From NCBI RefSeq assembly GCF_009834535.1, contig NC_045697.1, positions 32,490,001-32,554,000 on the forward strand: DNA of 64,000 nt, written 5' to 3'. The notes under the pieces were generated by a model. That model did no database searches and had not been told where the DNA came from. It worked only from the letters and a program-made list of their open reading frames with translations. Both the position numbers and the translations under genes were made by a program. Below are positions 36,611-50,204 of the stretch, one piece after another. This DNA is from Camelus ferus (taxonomy: Eukaryota). Numbering within the stretch: the first letter of the stretch is position 1; every line of letters begins with the position of its first letter.

Positions 36611-39600
36611 GAAGGTTATAAAATTAAAAACAAAGGAATCTAAATACATATGCAGTGTCCTCCACTTACTTTCTGACTTTTGAATAAAGAAGACATAGGA
36701 AGATATCCTCTATCCACTCGTCTATTCTATAACGTTTGCACAGGTGTCTCAGTGTATAGCTAAAACTGTTTTTTTTTATAATTCATCTTTAATTATACTC
36801 TTTGGCCAATGTTACCAATTTTAAAAAGGCTAATTCAGATAGTTCAAGCAAAACTTACTCTTAAGCCACCAACTCATCTCACATATATGACACTATTTCT
36901 TTTGATATTAGTGAAAAATGTTGCAAAATATTAGCTCTTTCTATGAAAACATTTCCCCACAATTTTAAATATAAGGAGTCTAAGAATCAATAACTTGCTC
37001 ACAAGTCCTAGAGCCAGGTAAAAATGTCAGCCACAAATCTGAATTGTAACACTGTGTTACATTGATTTGAAGATGTAGGCATTTATAAACACCTTTTAAC
37101 CTATTCCCATTCTGTATGGATATAAATATATTATGTACTCCTGGAGGCAAGGTTTTTGTTGTAGTTTCTTATAGTGCTTTTGTAAAGAAGAACAGAATAT
37201 TTTTTCTCAGTCACAGAAAATATAGATGAGAAGTTCTCTTGACCCTTGATGGTTCTGTTTGTTTTTTTAAGGTGATGCTGAAAAAAGAAAAAAAAAAAAA
37301 AAAAACTTACAAGAGAAAGAAAAATAACCTCTTTTACAAATTAAAAAACCAATTTATTTTAGCCAACACTACCTGAAAGAAAAGATGGTTCAACAGAAAT
37401 GACAGTTCATAATCAAATTCAGTGAAGAGGCAGGAGTTTGAAAACAAGGACTGTAATGAATGAATATATTCCTCTCTTCTGAATCTGAGAGATTGGCTGT
37501 CCTTGTAAAAACACTAGAGCTGCTTCAATTTGGACTCATTTTGTAACTCAGTTTCAGCTTAATAGTACATGGGACCTTCTGTATTTTTGTCCAGAAAGCA
37601 GAAGGCATTTTCTATTATGTAAAACTAAATATCTTTGAAGGGGATGCCAGATATTCAATTATGTGTGGTATTCTCAGTAAGTAAGACCACCTCTCTGTTC
37701 TCCAAGGGATTTTAAATTTATTTGGATTAAATCATACCACGGGCTAGAATTCTCTAAGGCTTACTAAGGATGTATGATTAAAGATGAGTAATTCTTTTCC
37801 ATAACATCAGACAACTAATCTTCTATAAAATAATTTAAGAATTTCTACTAAATATGGGACGTTTTTGGTCACCCATGTCTGAAAACAGACTTGAAGGAAA
37901 CTATTCATTTTCTTTGTATAAGACAAAGGACTGTACATTGACATTGTTCTTCAGAAGTAAAAACTTACCTGCGTTAGGTAGTCCTTTCCCTTCCCCAGAA
38001 GTCCCAGGGGTAAGTAGAGATTTATACAAGGAGTCATACATCTGTCTCCGGAAAGTAGAGGGAAGAACTTTTAGTAACTTGGTATTACTTAAAATTAAAT
38101 GTTTTAGTCCTATAATTAAGATTGGGTATGTTAACTGCTTTCCCCTTACTGTGATCCCTTCTAAACCCTTGGGTTTCTCAGTACTCTGAGAAGACTCTAA
38201 AACATTTTTGCATTTTCAGAACTAAAGGTCTGAGTGATTTGGGAATTAATACCCCATAACCTGCCATGAGGTAGAGTCATCTGTCTGGTAGTATCGTTTG
38301 TGAGTTTTCTCTATTTTCATAAAAAGAAGGGATGAGAAAATCTCCAGATTTGCTTGAGGACGGACCCAAGGCAATGATCAATCATGGTCAAAGTTACTGT
38401 CCTACCTACTTTGGTATAAAAGGATTTTTTTTTTTTTTTGTACCTCATTGTCTATTGAAAGACAGTGAAGACTGAAAAAAAGTCTTTCGGACAATTGGGG
38501 CATTTAAAATGCCAGACTAGTGCCTTTGGTGACCTACAATGCCTCACAAAATTATAAAGTTTTATGAATAAGGCTCCCTCTCATACCACTGGCTAGAGCA
38601 AGTGGTAGTTTATTCATTTACCTTGATGTAATTCAGATAGACCCCATGGACATGATTATATAGACACACCTATTTGAGTTTTCCTCCACCAGCTGTTATC
38701 TGCATCATGTAAAGTTCTACCTCAGCTCACTCTTCCTGCAACTCCCTTATGTCACCCTCCATTGTCCCTTTATTTCTGCCCAGTGTCACTTTAATGGCTC
38801 ATTCAACTTGTTTATCTGTATCCTTCTTTGCCTTTTGGCTCACTGCTTGTTTTCTTCTAATTGCCTTAGAAAACTTGGCAAATAACTGATACTTTAGCCT
38901 CATTTGGCCTTAAGAGTCTCTCACAAATGTTCCTTTGGACAGCCCATATAAATGGTAGTTAATATATCTGAGCACCAACTTCTCTCACTTCTGTTTTCTT
39001 ATTCCTTCCCATTGCTAAGACAATGGAAGGGGAAGAGTCTAGGCATTTTTTTCTGCCTTAGAAGAAACGACCTAAAGTTTGCCATAGATCTACAAATATT
39101 TTCATTAATGATGACCTCTGGGTGATCTAGAATATGATGATAAACCATATGTGTGCATGTGTATATTTTTCATAGCTATCTTATCTGTATAGAGAGATTT
39201 GCTAAACATCTGAGTTAATACCATTTTTATAAAATGAAGTGTGAGGGTTAAAATCTAGTGAACAAAAGAGAACTATATATTCATGATTTGGAATCTTTTC
39301 TACACAATTCCTTGAAGAATTGCTTAACTGCTAATTGTTTCTGCTTCCTCTGCCAAAAGGACTAATATTTGGACTTAAAATGAAAAAGAAAACCTTGGTA
39401 AGGGAAAGTGGAACTTCTTCAGGAAGTAACTATAGAGCACCCTACAGGGAAGTGAATCAGATTAAAACAATCACTGTAGGAATTATCTTGTTAGAGAATA
39501 TCCAGCCTGGCCTTGAGGGAAAACGTATCTCTCTCTTGCTGCTTTGTTTCTTATCTCTTTGACTGTGCCAATTCCTACCTTAGTAAAACTGTTGCTCATT

Positions 39601-39710
39601 CCAGGAATGTGTCTCTCATAGGTGCAGCTATCTGTTTCAACTGATCTTCCTCATTCAATTATATTTTATTCAGGTCTTCCTCTGCCTTCACAAAAATTCT
39701 CTGAAAATGA

Positions 39711-39712
<2 letters not shown>

Positions 39713-39753
<41 letters not shown>
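39713..39753. repeat. (CA)n microsatellite, about 20 units
   Basis: Perfect AC run. Confidence 0.98.
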
Positions 39754-39760
<7 letters not shown>

Positions 39761-40039
39761 TTTCAGCGCTTGATTTTCTTTTCTTTTGGATCAGAGCCCC
39801 TATCTCTGGCACTCTGGCTCTACTCTTAAATTTGCATTTCTATCCCTGTAAAGACTCCCAAATGAATCTTGAAACTCAACATGGGGAGAGAGGATGAAAT
39901 TTTTAAGTACTCAAGACTTGTGCTCAGTTAATTATTTCCTAGTTATTTCTGGTTAGTCTACAAATGGAATGGTAAAATGGTTGTCAGTTATTTCTGAAGA
40001 AATGTGGAGAACAAGAAATGTAACTAGGTAGACTGTTAG

Positions 40040-40421
40040 GTCAAAGATCCCCAATGAATGAAGCCTCCCATATTTACACAGGTGTATAGACATCTCCCAC
40101 CCTGACCTCCTAGAAATTTGATAAGTGATAATGAATTACGGCTTGCCAACTGAAATGGCATCACTGCCTGGTAAGAAACCTGACATATCCTACTAGAGAG
40201 AAGAAGTTGAGAGGAACAAGGCTTCCCAGATAGCACCAGTGAACTGCCAGACGTGTGAGTGATTTCACATGGGACCACACGTCCAGACGGCCATGTGAGG
40301 AATCTTAGGCAAGACAGAATACTGTCCTCCAAGCCCAACCCAAGTTACCAAATTGTGAACTTCTGTTTGAAGTAACTAAGTTTTATGGTGGGTTGTGATA
40401 AAGCAATGAGTAGTTGAAATA
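40040..40421 (+). mobile_element. MLT1H-like MaLR LTR, degraded
   Basis: AACTGCCAGACGTGTGAGTGA; AAGCCCAACCCAA; AACTAAGTTTT...TAAAGCAATGAGTAGTTGAAATA end. Confidence 0.65.
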
Positions 40422-40879
40422 AATAAGAATTAAGGATGGGTACAAGATACCGTTTCAAAAAATGAGCAGTTGAGTATTTCATAAAAATGTGGATTATTTA
40501 TTTCGATGGCATCACAAACTAAGTTTTACTGGGAATTATTAGAACAAGTTATTTGGGCATTGATAAGAAAGTAGTGATTGCTGGGGGCTGACATACTTCT
40601 TTCATGGGCCTTCACACTATCTCATTTACTTGTTTTAATTATCTTATTAAAACACAGGATGTTGCTTTCAACAGTATATCTGAGGTATTTTACAAAGGCT
40701 CTCAGGTTATTTTTATGTATCAAGTGGACAAATATGGATTCAAGGCAACAACAATAAGGTGCATTGCTCCCAAACTGTATAATGTATTTAAATGAGTTTA
40801 ATAGTAAGTTGAGGACAACCTGATTAAATGTTTAGTATGTGATGTAAGATTCTTCCCATAGCCCTCTTTCTTTCCCTTT

Positions 40880-41066
40880 TTAAAGTCATCAATATAGATG
40901 ACACAGAAGGTTGTAAATATCAAATGTATGGATGATGTTATAGGCAAACAGTAAATATTATGTGTAAGAGTATTACAACTTTAAAATATTGGCACAGATT
41001 GGAAGAATGACCCAGTACAGCATGATGAAATCTAATTGAATGAGGATATATAAAATACCGCATTTC
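40880..41066 (+). mobile_element. L3/CR1 RT relic
   Basis: ATCAAT...GATGACACAGAAGG...ATCAAATGTATGGATGATG (decayed KFADD) ...ACAGATTGGAAGAATG...ATGAAATCTAA. Confidence 0.45.
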
Positions 41067-41194
41067 TTTATGAATGTTACTTAATTGTTACACACATATA
41101 TACATATTTTTAACTATTAGTTTTTATCAATAGTGGAAAATGGATGAGTCAGTGATTGTTACAGTTCTCAACAGGCTAATTTGACTAGGGAGAC

Positions 41195-41743
41195 TGTGAT
41201 GGCTAATTTTATGAGTCACCTTGACTGGGCCATGAGATGGCCAGATAACTGGTTAAACATTATTTCTGGGTGTGTCTGTGAGGCTGTTTCTGAAAATGAT
41301 TAGCATTTAAGTTGGTGGACTGGGTAAAGCAGATTGCCCTACTAATGTGGCTAAGTATTATCCAAGTGTCCAATCCCTGGAAGGCCTGAATAGGTAGAGA
41401 AAGATTAATTGCTCTCTCTCTTTGCCTGACTTCTTGAGCTGAGACATCAGTCTTCTGCGCTCCAGCTGGGACTTCCACCGTCAGCACTTCTGGTTCTGAG
41501 AACATAAGACCTGGTCTGGGATTTACTCATTCCTGGTTTTCCTGGATCTCCATCTCACAGATGGCAGAGGAAGATCATGAGACTTTTAAGGTCTACATAG
41601 TAGCTTGAGCCAATTTCTTATAATCTAAAAACCTCATTCTAAGAATCATGTACATATATGTATATATGATTAAGTGTAATATATTAAATAAAAATATCTC
41701 CCCAGGGTTCTGTTTCTCTGGAGAACTTTGATGCAGATAGAAA
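41195..41743 (+). mobile_element. MLT2 (ERVL) solo LTR
   Basis: TGTGATGGCTAATTTTATGAGTCACCTTGACTGGGCCA start; GGTTCTGTTTCTCTGGAGAAC near the end; perfect 5-bp TSD GAGAC (41190-41194 / 41744-41748). Confidence 0.92.
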
Positions 41744-44569
41744 GAGACGTGTATGTCTGTTCTCTGCATGTGTGAGATGAAATCTAGAATTATAGAGGTA
41801 AATCTTATTTTGTTCAAGGTTCTGTTAAATGGTTGTCTTAGGAGGTCAAATCATTTAAAAGAAAATGAGACTTGAAAATTCTTGAAGTTTTCATCAATAA
41901 TTATTATGGGGTTTACAAAAATATATGACATAAAGTGATTGCTATCTGTTGGAATAATTTGCCATTTTCAATAGACAAAATTATTATTTGGATTTAGGTT
42001 TATATAAAAGGAATGGCATATCATTTTTTAAGAACTAATCTGGGGTTCAGAAAGAAATGTACTTAGATTATTGTTGCTTCCCGTAATTAAGATATAGTGC
42101 GTTGAGTTTGGTTTAGGGACCATGTTGTTAGAAATACTGTACCAGGCAGTTTATGCTCCAAGACAAAAGAAGAAGTAATAATGAGCACAACGTAAGGAAT
42201 GACATTCTTACTTTCACAACTGTCTCTAGGCATGTTGCTCTCTCTTGAGAAGTACCAATTTCCCTGCACTGGGAGAGATTCATGAATCAGAAAGGGTGTG
42301 GACTCCCTGGATGTTCAAAGTAACTTTAAACCTTAAAGATTAATCAGTTTGTGTTGGTAACTATCATCTCACAAGAGTATGATTAGCTTCTTTTAAGAGA
42401 CGCACCAGAGTCCCTCTGAGTTATCCCCGGACACACATTACCCAGTTGCCTGGAGAAAGGTTTAGCAATCCACACAGAATTCGTCTCAATGAGACTTAGA
42501 GAAAATGTTCTCATACGTGTGTCAAGAACACCATAACTGAGGAAAACACTGTGGAGCTTGTAGCTGGATTTATTATGCCTCCATTGCTGTGAAGACCCCA
42601 AACCATGGTGTATGCCAGGATATAGAATGTTCACCAGAACCATGAAACTTCAGAAATGCCATGGAGTCTCTGCTCTGAAATTGTGAAACAACAGTCTCTG
42701 TCCAAGGCCCCCAAAATCAGATTATCTATTTTCTTTTCACCGATTTGTACTCCCTTCATTTTAATTTTCAGACCTATTTATAGAGCGCTGCTGGTAAATA
42801 ACAAAGTTATCACTATAAGGTACAGACTCAGGCTTCTGATAAGATCAAAAGCCCCATGGCCCAATCCCTTTGCTATATTTGGTAATAATGCTCCAAAGAA
42901 ATCACTTTGAAATGCCCCTCTCACATTAGAAGGAATAAAGTACATATGCCCATTGCCTACATTACACTTGGAATTGTACCATCTTCAGCTTTAACCTGGT
43001 CACACAGCAGGTTTTCCTCATGGCTAGTGAACATGGCAATTTAATGATGCAGACAAACTATTTTGCAGAGGCATTTAAACTTAAAACTTGATTACATAAC
43101 TCTCTAAGTTTTAGAGGAACCCTCTTAATCACATTTAATTTTCATTAGTACTTACACTGAAAAGTTGATTTACCTCCCCATCCTCACAACAACTGTCAAG
43201 ATTCCAGTATACATGTAATTATTTATAAAAAGAATGTCCGTTTAATTACATCCTTACAGTTGCCCCAAGTTTTTATTTGTCCTCATTTAAGATAAGGCCA
43301 GAAACTTCTCAATTAGAATGAAAATTTCTATTTCTTTCTAATTACTAAAATATATAACAGTTGATGGGGATTCTTATTTCACTCCTCACAATATATTTAA
43401 AGTGGAATTCAAGCAGAGAGGCATTATTATATAGATATAACTAAACATGAAAAATGTTAAAGGCAAGAGTTTATTATCAAAGTATCAAAATATCAGTTTA
43501 GAAATATTTTCTTTAAGAATACTAATAGGTACATGAAATTTTCACAAAGAATCACCCAAGTCTGATAATACAGACTCTTTCCCAAGGTGAAGCTATTTTT
43601 GGCTCATCCAGACTTTAGATAGTGATTTAGAGTTCCGCCAGACAGAATCAGGGTAGATAGTAAGAATTATTGTCCCAGGGAGAAATGGAAATGCTTGCCA
43701 ACTCTGCTGTCAACCGCAGTGAAATCCCTGAGTAGAGAGATGGCTAAACGAAGCAGTTTTGAGACTAAACCAATGATTCTTAATTATTGATTGATTGTTA
43801 AATTTTGCCTTTAAGGGTATGCTGTATTATTTAATAATCACTTTGATAGACCTCAGATTCCAAGGGTTCACAGGGAAAATATTAAGGTAATAGTTAGATA
43901 GTATAGTATAGGTTATTCCTATATTAAGTGGGAAAAAAAATCCCAAGATATAATGCAGAGTCCAGTAAGACATACCTGGGTAATTTTCAAACAGCAGAAA
44001 AAAAAAAGTTAATATTTGTACCACCTCAGATTGCACTGACTTGATATAGAATTGGTGTTAATTTCACCCACTGAGAAAGATTTTGAAGGCTGAGACCCTG
44101 TCTTCACTCCCAGTCTCCCTACTAAAAAAGATGACATTTATTCTTCCTGTCTCATTACCACTACCTGCCATAGTGACTGGAATCCCCACATTAAAAAGAG
44201 AAAAAGATGTTTTGGTTCAAGATGTTGAAAGGATCTGATAAATGCTAATGATATCATGGAAGGTACGAGACACTAATTGGTATTTCTGACTACTGCTGGA
44301 CTTTTTTTTTTTTTTCACAGCATAACACACTTGCTTCAGAACTACCCATTATTTACAATAGTAATTCTCAAGTATAGTCTTAGAGGAAGAAGGAGGGCAG
44401 ATCCAATCCCAGGGAGGCAAATTCCCCAGGTGAGGAGTCACTGCCCATAACCTGTATTGGTCCTATAAACTATGATTGACAGTTAGAGAGTAAATAGTTT
44501 ATTTTTAAGGACTTTTCCTGGCAAGGCAAGGGGTGGGAATTAAAAATGACTCTCACTAGTTAGGTAGCA

Positions 44570-45007
44570 CAGTAGTTAATATAATGCTAGCAACTAACAA
44601 ACTCCAGTGGGTACAATGTCAAACAAAAAAAAAAAAAAAAAAAAAAAAAGGAATTCATTCAAAATCCATGAGGGGATCTTCCTTACGGCAGGTGGTTTTC
44701 CTCCAAATGATGTTTCAGAGAGCCAGTCTCTTTTATCTTGTGCTTCTAGCATGGTCTTGTAAATCACTGTGTTAATTTGCATCAATCCAGGGGGAGGGGG
44801 AATCAGAAATACACAGGTTATTTTACATGGGGTGATATTTTTATGGGAAAAACCTGGAAGTAATGCTCATCATTTCTACTTATGGTCTCTTGGCTAAAGT
44901 ACCCTCCTCCTATCCCCACGTGCAAAAAAGTCTGGGAAATATTTTCTAGCAATTAGCCCAGGAAAATGATGTAATAGGGTTGGTGACCTATGGCAGTTAC
45001 TGCCATA
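44570..45007 (-). mobile_element. MLT1J/K-like MaLR LTR with an internal 25-nt A run
   Basis: CCTGGAAGTAATGCTCATCATTTCTACT; CTGGGAAATATTTTCTAGC; end TGCCATA. Confidence 0.7.
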
Positions 45008-45447
45008 GCATGAACATTGTGCCTTAATACCTCAACATCCAATGAAGGGGGTGTGTAAAGTGAGGAGAAATGAAAAAGGGCTAAAGATTGTTCTCCAAAT
45101 TTATTGTACAGAATTCTCAGATTTTCAAAAATTACGTATTTCAGTTTGTATTCAAATATATGTTGCTGTTCTTGCTTACCACCAACTTCATCACTATCAT
45201 TTTACCAGTTTCTCTTATCCCTAAAGATGCTCAGCTCAATTTGGTAACTCTGGATATCACACAACCTGGGAACATATTTAACAAATAATAAATGGCAGTC
45301 AGATGGGTGACAGAGGAGGCTGAAAACCAGAGGGGTATGGAAAGTAGATATTGTAAATTCCAGGAAAAAAAAAAGCCTTTTTTTGCCACAACGTATCTGC
45401 TTGCCATACAATCTAACACTTCAGACTACAATTTACTCACACTTGCC

Positions 45448-45582
45448 GTTGAGAAACACCTGTGCTGTAAGTGAGTATCTGCAGATATCTGCTCTCTCTC
45501 ATACTGCTGTGTTACTCTGAACAAGTCACTTCACCTCTTTGGCTTTCCTCTCTCTGTAAGATAAGAAAAAGAAATTGGATAA
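45448..45582 (+). mobile_element. MIR/MIR3 fragment
   Basis: GCTGTGTTACTCTGAACAAGTCACTTCACCTCT...CTCTGTAAGAT. Confidence 0.65.
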
Positions 45583-46145
45583 CAAGGCTCTTTTTCCCTC
45601 CTCTCTTTGCATATATTTTCATTCACAGTGCTGTAGAATACTCTTTTTGGAACCTACTTTTAAATATAATTTGAGTTCTTAAAAGACCATATAAAATTGT
45701 ATTTTAATATGAAGACCCATGTAAGGATATTTGTAAACCTTTTCCTGTTGGAATTAAAATTACAATTTCACTGTCTTCATGCAGCAAAGATAAAAGGATG
45801 ATGCCTCTTTTACTAATGCTGGAAGTACAGAAACGGATGGGATGTAAGATTATCTTTTTGGCGAAAGTCTTGATAATTCATTTGTTAATCCAGAAAGCCG
45901 AATGTCTTCATCACACCCTTAAATGGACATAACTATGATATATCAAAATATTCCTATTACTTAAAAATGTATCATGAATATATATTCTGTAACAAATCTT
46001 CCTTTCTAAAGGAAAATGATTCTTTTGTTCTGGTATAGTAACTGCTCTAGCTCATGTCCTGCTGAGCTCCAAGCTCTGAAGTCATTAAGCATGGAACTGG
46101 CAGCCAACCTTTTTTAATGTAGCCCAATGGGAAGAATTGGTTCTT

Positions 46146-46313
46146 CCTTCCTTCCTTTCTTCCTCCCACCCTCTTCCTCCCCTCCCTCCTCCCCTCCCTG
46201 CTTCCTTCCCTTCCCTTTCTTTTTCTTTCTTTCTTTCTTTCTTCCTTTCCCTTTCTTTCCCTTTTTCCCTTTCTTCCTTTCCCTTTCTTTCTTTCTTTCC
46301 CTTTCTTTCTTTC
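46146..46313. repeat. Polypyrimidine/polypurine tract (CTTT, CCTT and CCCT units), the decayed tail of the adjoining L1
   Basis: About 170 bp almost purely C/T on the plus strand. Confidence 0.95.
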
Positions 46314-46539
46314 GAAATATAATTGATATATAATATTATATTACAACTTAGGTGTCCATCTGAGAATGAATAAAGAGAATACACATATGCATATACCATG
46401 GGGTACTACTCAGCCATAAAAAGAACAATATCTTGCCATTTGCAACAACATGGATGGACATTGAGGGTATTATGTGAAATAAATCAAGACAGAGAAAGAC
46501 AAGTATTATATGATTTCACTTATATATGGAAGCTAAAAA
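46146..46539 (-). mobile_element. 5'-inverted (twin-primed) short LINE-1
   Basis: Tail, minus-strand L1 tip 46314-46343, then plus-strand ORF2-end piece 46344-46539; perfect TSD AATTGGTTCTT (46135-46145 / 46540-46550). Confidence 0.85.
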
Positions 46540-47276
46540 AATTGGTTCTTGATGTGGGACAATAAGGAATTAATCAAAAGATATTCAACTATTTTCTTTG
46601 AAGTCTTTCCCTAAATAACCTTGTCCTATGTGCCAAATCTTACTCTCTATGCTTTTGCATTAGTTCTAATCCTATATATTTTTTTGAATTGACCATGCAC
46701 CATGCAGCCTTTTTTGAAATTATGTTGGAAATTTCTTAGCACGCATTGGGGAATGCAGAAAGTACTGGTAGAATGAACAAAACTTTTTTTTAATAGTTTA
46801 TTCATGAAAATTGGGTCAGCAAGGGCACCCCAAACAAGCTGCGGCCATGGGGAGTGAGTGAGGCAGAAACAGTATTTGCATGCAGCACACTTGAAGTTGC
46901 AATTTTGAAATCATTTGGGCTCTCTCCTGGAGCAGTAGGTTTTTCTCCATAGAATGTTCTTACCTACTTTAGAGGGAAAATTGGGTTATATAAGGGTAAA
47001 CAAACATTGCAGATTGTAGATTCTCTGATTCTGCAATGAAATCGAATTTCAAACTTTAACTAGGAAAGACTGGGCACCAGGGAGTTTCAGTAAAAGAGAA
47101 ACATGAATATCTCCCAACTTTGTGCTCTGTGCTTTATTTTCTGCATTAAAATATGTAGGGTTTTGATAATTGTGCATAATGTAAATGGAAGACTACTTGT
47201 GTACACAGTAAGTTCCAGGAAACTTTTTGAAATTGATACATTAGAGATGATTGTGTATAAAGAAGTTAGAAACATC

Positions 47277-47433
47277 AGTGCTCTAAGGGGCGTTAAGATT
47301 ATCCTATTACTTTATTTTACTGATGGAGAATGAAAGGCCTACATAGGCTGAGTAACTCTTGCCCAAGTTTATAAATGGAGTCACATACATTGAGGTTTGA
47401 CAGGTCTCCTGTCTCTCATTACAATGTTCTTTA
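47277..47433 (-). mobile_element. MIR SINE
   Basis: TTTTACTGATGGAGAA...GGCTGAGTAACTCTTGCCCAAG. Confidence 0.6.
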
Positions 47434-47689
47434 ATATTAAATAAATATATAGCAGCAGAAAATTATTTTAAAGCCATCATTCAGTTTTGCAACCTGAAAG
47501 AAGTGACATTTTTTCAATAGTCACAAAAATGTATGAACAGAAAAGATGTGGGGTTTAGCTTTGTTTCTGCTAGTAGAACAAGAAAGACAGTGAAAAAAAT
47601 GTCATATATTGCAATAACTGAATATTGAGCTAGGATTTGCTCCCTGTAGTTTCACACACAAACTTATTAAATAAGACTTAATGGACTGG

Positions 47690-47785
47690 ATATGTATGCA
47701 TGACTGGGACATTATGCTGTACACCAGAAATTGACACATTGTAACTGGCTATACTTTAACTAAAAAAAAAAAAAATAGCAAAAGA
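47690..47785 (+). mobile_element. Very short, young LINE-1 3' tip with poly(A)
   Basis: TATGCTGTACACCAGAAATTGACACATTGTAACTG plus A14; perfect 14-bp TSD ACTTAATGGACTGG (47676-47689 / 47786-47799). Confidence 0.92.
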
Positions 47786-48526
47786 ACTTAATGGACTGGG
47801 AAGCAACTGAAAATTACCTACGTGAAAAAAATAACTTTAGTAGGTCAGTTATAAAAAAAAAAAAAGATAAAGCCAAAACAAAACAAAACAAGGCAATGGA
47901 GAATTTCAACATCTCATTATTCACGAGAATATTCTCAGTACGGCATTATGAAGATGTAGAAAGACAAACAATATCTTCTGAAAGCACCTAGTAGCATTTT
48001 TCTCCGTGAATGTGTAATGGCATGAATACATGAGAAAAGCATTCTTTGGATTTTGGCAGAATTCTTACAGTAATTAGCTGCAGTGGGAATGTTTGTGGGT
48101 ATATATTTACATAAACTAAAGTGAGAATAAGACAAGCTAGGTGAATGGATGTTTTCTCTGAATTAGGGGGAAATGTGGAGAATGGAAAAAGGACTACACT
48201 TTCAGATTTGTACACTCAGAGGTCATGGTCAATGGTGATACACTGGCTGCTTCACTTTTTCTTTCTAATTAACATCAAACTTGGGTGTCTAGGTATGGAT
48301 GGTTTAATCGGAATACAAATTCGTATCTTTGAACTCTATAAAACTCATATACAAAATTAATCTGAGACCAGGCCATAGGCATGCTCTCAAGACTTGTTTC
48401 ACTTTACAGAAGAAAGGCCTATAGCTCACTCCCATTCTGTGACTTACTAAGGTCCATCCCGGAAATGTAAACATCTATGGGAGCATCAAACAGAAAGATA
48501 ATTCAATGTGTTGATTTTACGTACCT

Positions 48527-48546
48527 TCTTTTTAAAATTTTTTTAT

Positions 48547-48581
<35 letters not shown>

Positions 48582-49542
48582 AGTTTACAATGTCTCAATT
48601 TCTGGTGTAGAGTGTAATGCTTCAGTCATACATGAACATACTTATATTCATTTTCATATTCTTTTTCACCAGTAAGTTACTATAAGATATTGAATATAGT
48701 TCTCTGTGGTGTACAGTATGAACTTGCTTATCTATTTTATATATAGTAGTATCTGTAGATCTTGAACTCCTAGTTTATACCTTTCCACCCTTTTCCCCCA
48801 CTGGTAACCTTAAGTTTGTTTTCTATGTCTGTGAGTCTGTTTATGTTTTGTAAATAAGTTTGCTTGTCTTTTTTTTTTTTTTTAAGATTCCACATTTAAG
48901 TGATATCAGATGGTATTTTTCTTTCTCTTTCTGGCTTACTTCTTAGAATAACAATCTCCAGGTCTATCCATGTTGCTGCAAATGGCATTATTTTATTATT
49001 TTTAATGGCTGAGTAGTATTCCATTGTGTAAATATACCACAACTTCTTTATCCAGTCATGTGTCAGGGGACATTTAGGTTGTTTCCATGTCTTGGCTATT
49101 GTAAATGGTGCTGCTATGAACATTGGGGTGCATGTATCTTTTTGAATTAGAGTTCCCTCAGGATATATGCCCAAGAGTGGGATTGCTGGATCATATGGTA
49201 AGTCTATTTTTAGTTTTTTGAGGAATCTCCATACTGTTTTCCATAGTGCCTGCATCAAACTACATTCCCAACAGTTTAGGAGGGTTCCCTTTCTCCACAC
49301 CCTCTCCAGTATTTATTGTTTATGGACTTTTGATGGCCATTCTGACTGGTGTGAGGTGATACCTCATTGTAGTTTTGATTTGCATTTCTCTGATAATTAG
49401 TGATACTGAGCATCTTTTCATGTGCCTGTTGGCCATTTGTATGTCTTCACTGGAGAATTTCTTGTTTAGGTCTTTTGCCCATTTTTGGATTGGGTTGTTT
49501 ATTTTTTTATTATTAAGTTGTATGAGCTGTTTGTATATTCTG
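48527..49542 (-). mobile_element. Relatively young 5'-truncated LINE-1 (ORF2 C-terminus and 3'UTR) with (TA)n at 48550-48578
   Basis: ORFs 48896-49300 ([28 protein letters not shown]) and 49320-49562 ([19 protein letters not shown]) are L1 ORF2. Confidence 0.96.
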
Positions 49543-50204
49543 TTGCATTTAAAACTGTACAAGGATGTTCTTACCTATATTATAGAGTGGGGCAATGCAA
49601 GTGATGATGATTTCCATTTAATGACAAGTTCTCTTCCATCTTCTAGTGACTGTCAAGTAATTTAATTTATTCTGAAGGGAAAGCCAGTTAAGAGAAAGCA
49701 GAAATAGCATCAGAAAGAAGGGTTGAGAACTGTGGTTCATTAATTCATCTATAAAACTCAAGGCAAGACTCTATGCCTGAGTTTGCTATATATTTATCTA
49801 AGATCAGAATTCATAAATGAGGTAAGTGCCAAGGAGTCACATTTTAAGATCTACACTTGAAGTGATGAATGATACTGGATTTTTTTTTTTTTTACATTCT
49901 GATTAGGTTAATTTACTGGACAATGAAAATTGAGCTTGCCAATAAGGTTATGTACTATACATTTTCTGCCAGTTGATGACCCGAATTGTAGCTCCAAGGC
50001 TTTGATAGTAACATACTTAAAGTGCATAAAGAGATTAAAAATAATTCATTTCATTTCACATGACACTGGTAGAGTTGTATTAAAATTGATTGATATTTTA
50101 GTTTTCCTAATTCCTTCTTACTGACTTTAAAGTGCTTCCAAGTTAAAAAGGAACATGTGTAAATAATATGTGTTTGAAAAGTCTTGGTAAAGTTTTTTCA
50201 TATA

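Noticed and set aside
37034..37069. Palindrome TGTAACAC-T-GTGTTACA with outer CAAATC/GATTTG arms
   Set aside because: Too short for a pre-miRNA and plausible by chance in 64 kb.
46085..46399. Lys/Glu/Arg-rich 104-aa ORF and the opposite Phe/Pro/Ser-rich ORFs
   Set aside because: These are translations of the low-complexity purine tract.
48896..49562. ORFs with protein-like sequence (134 aa and 80 aa)
   Set aside because: They are frameshifted LINE-1 ORF2 C-terminal fragments, not host genes. The same applies to ORFs at 6517, 34224 and 58498.
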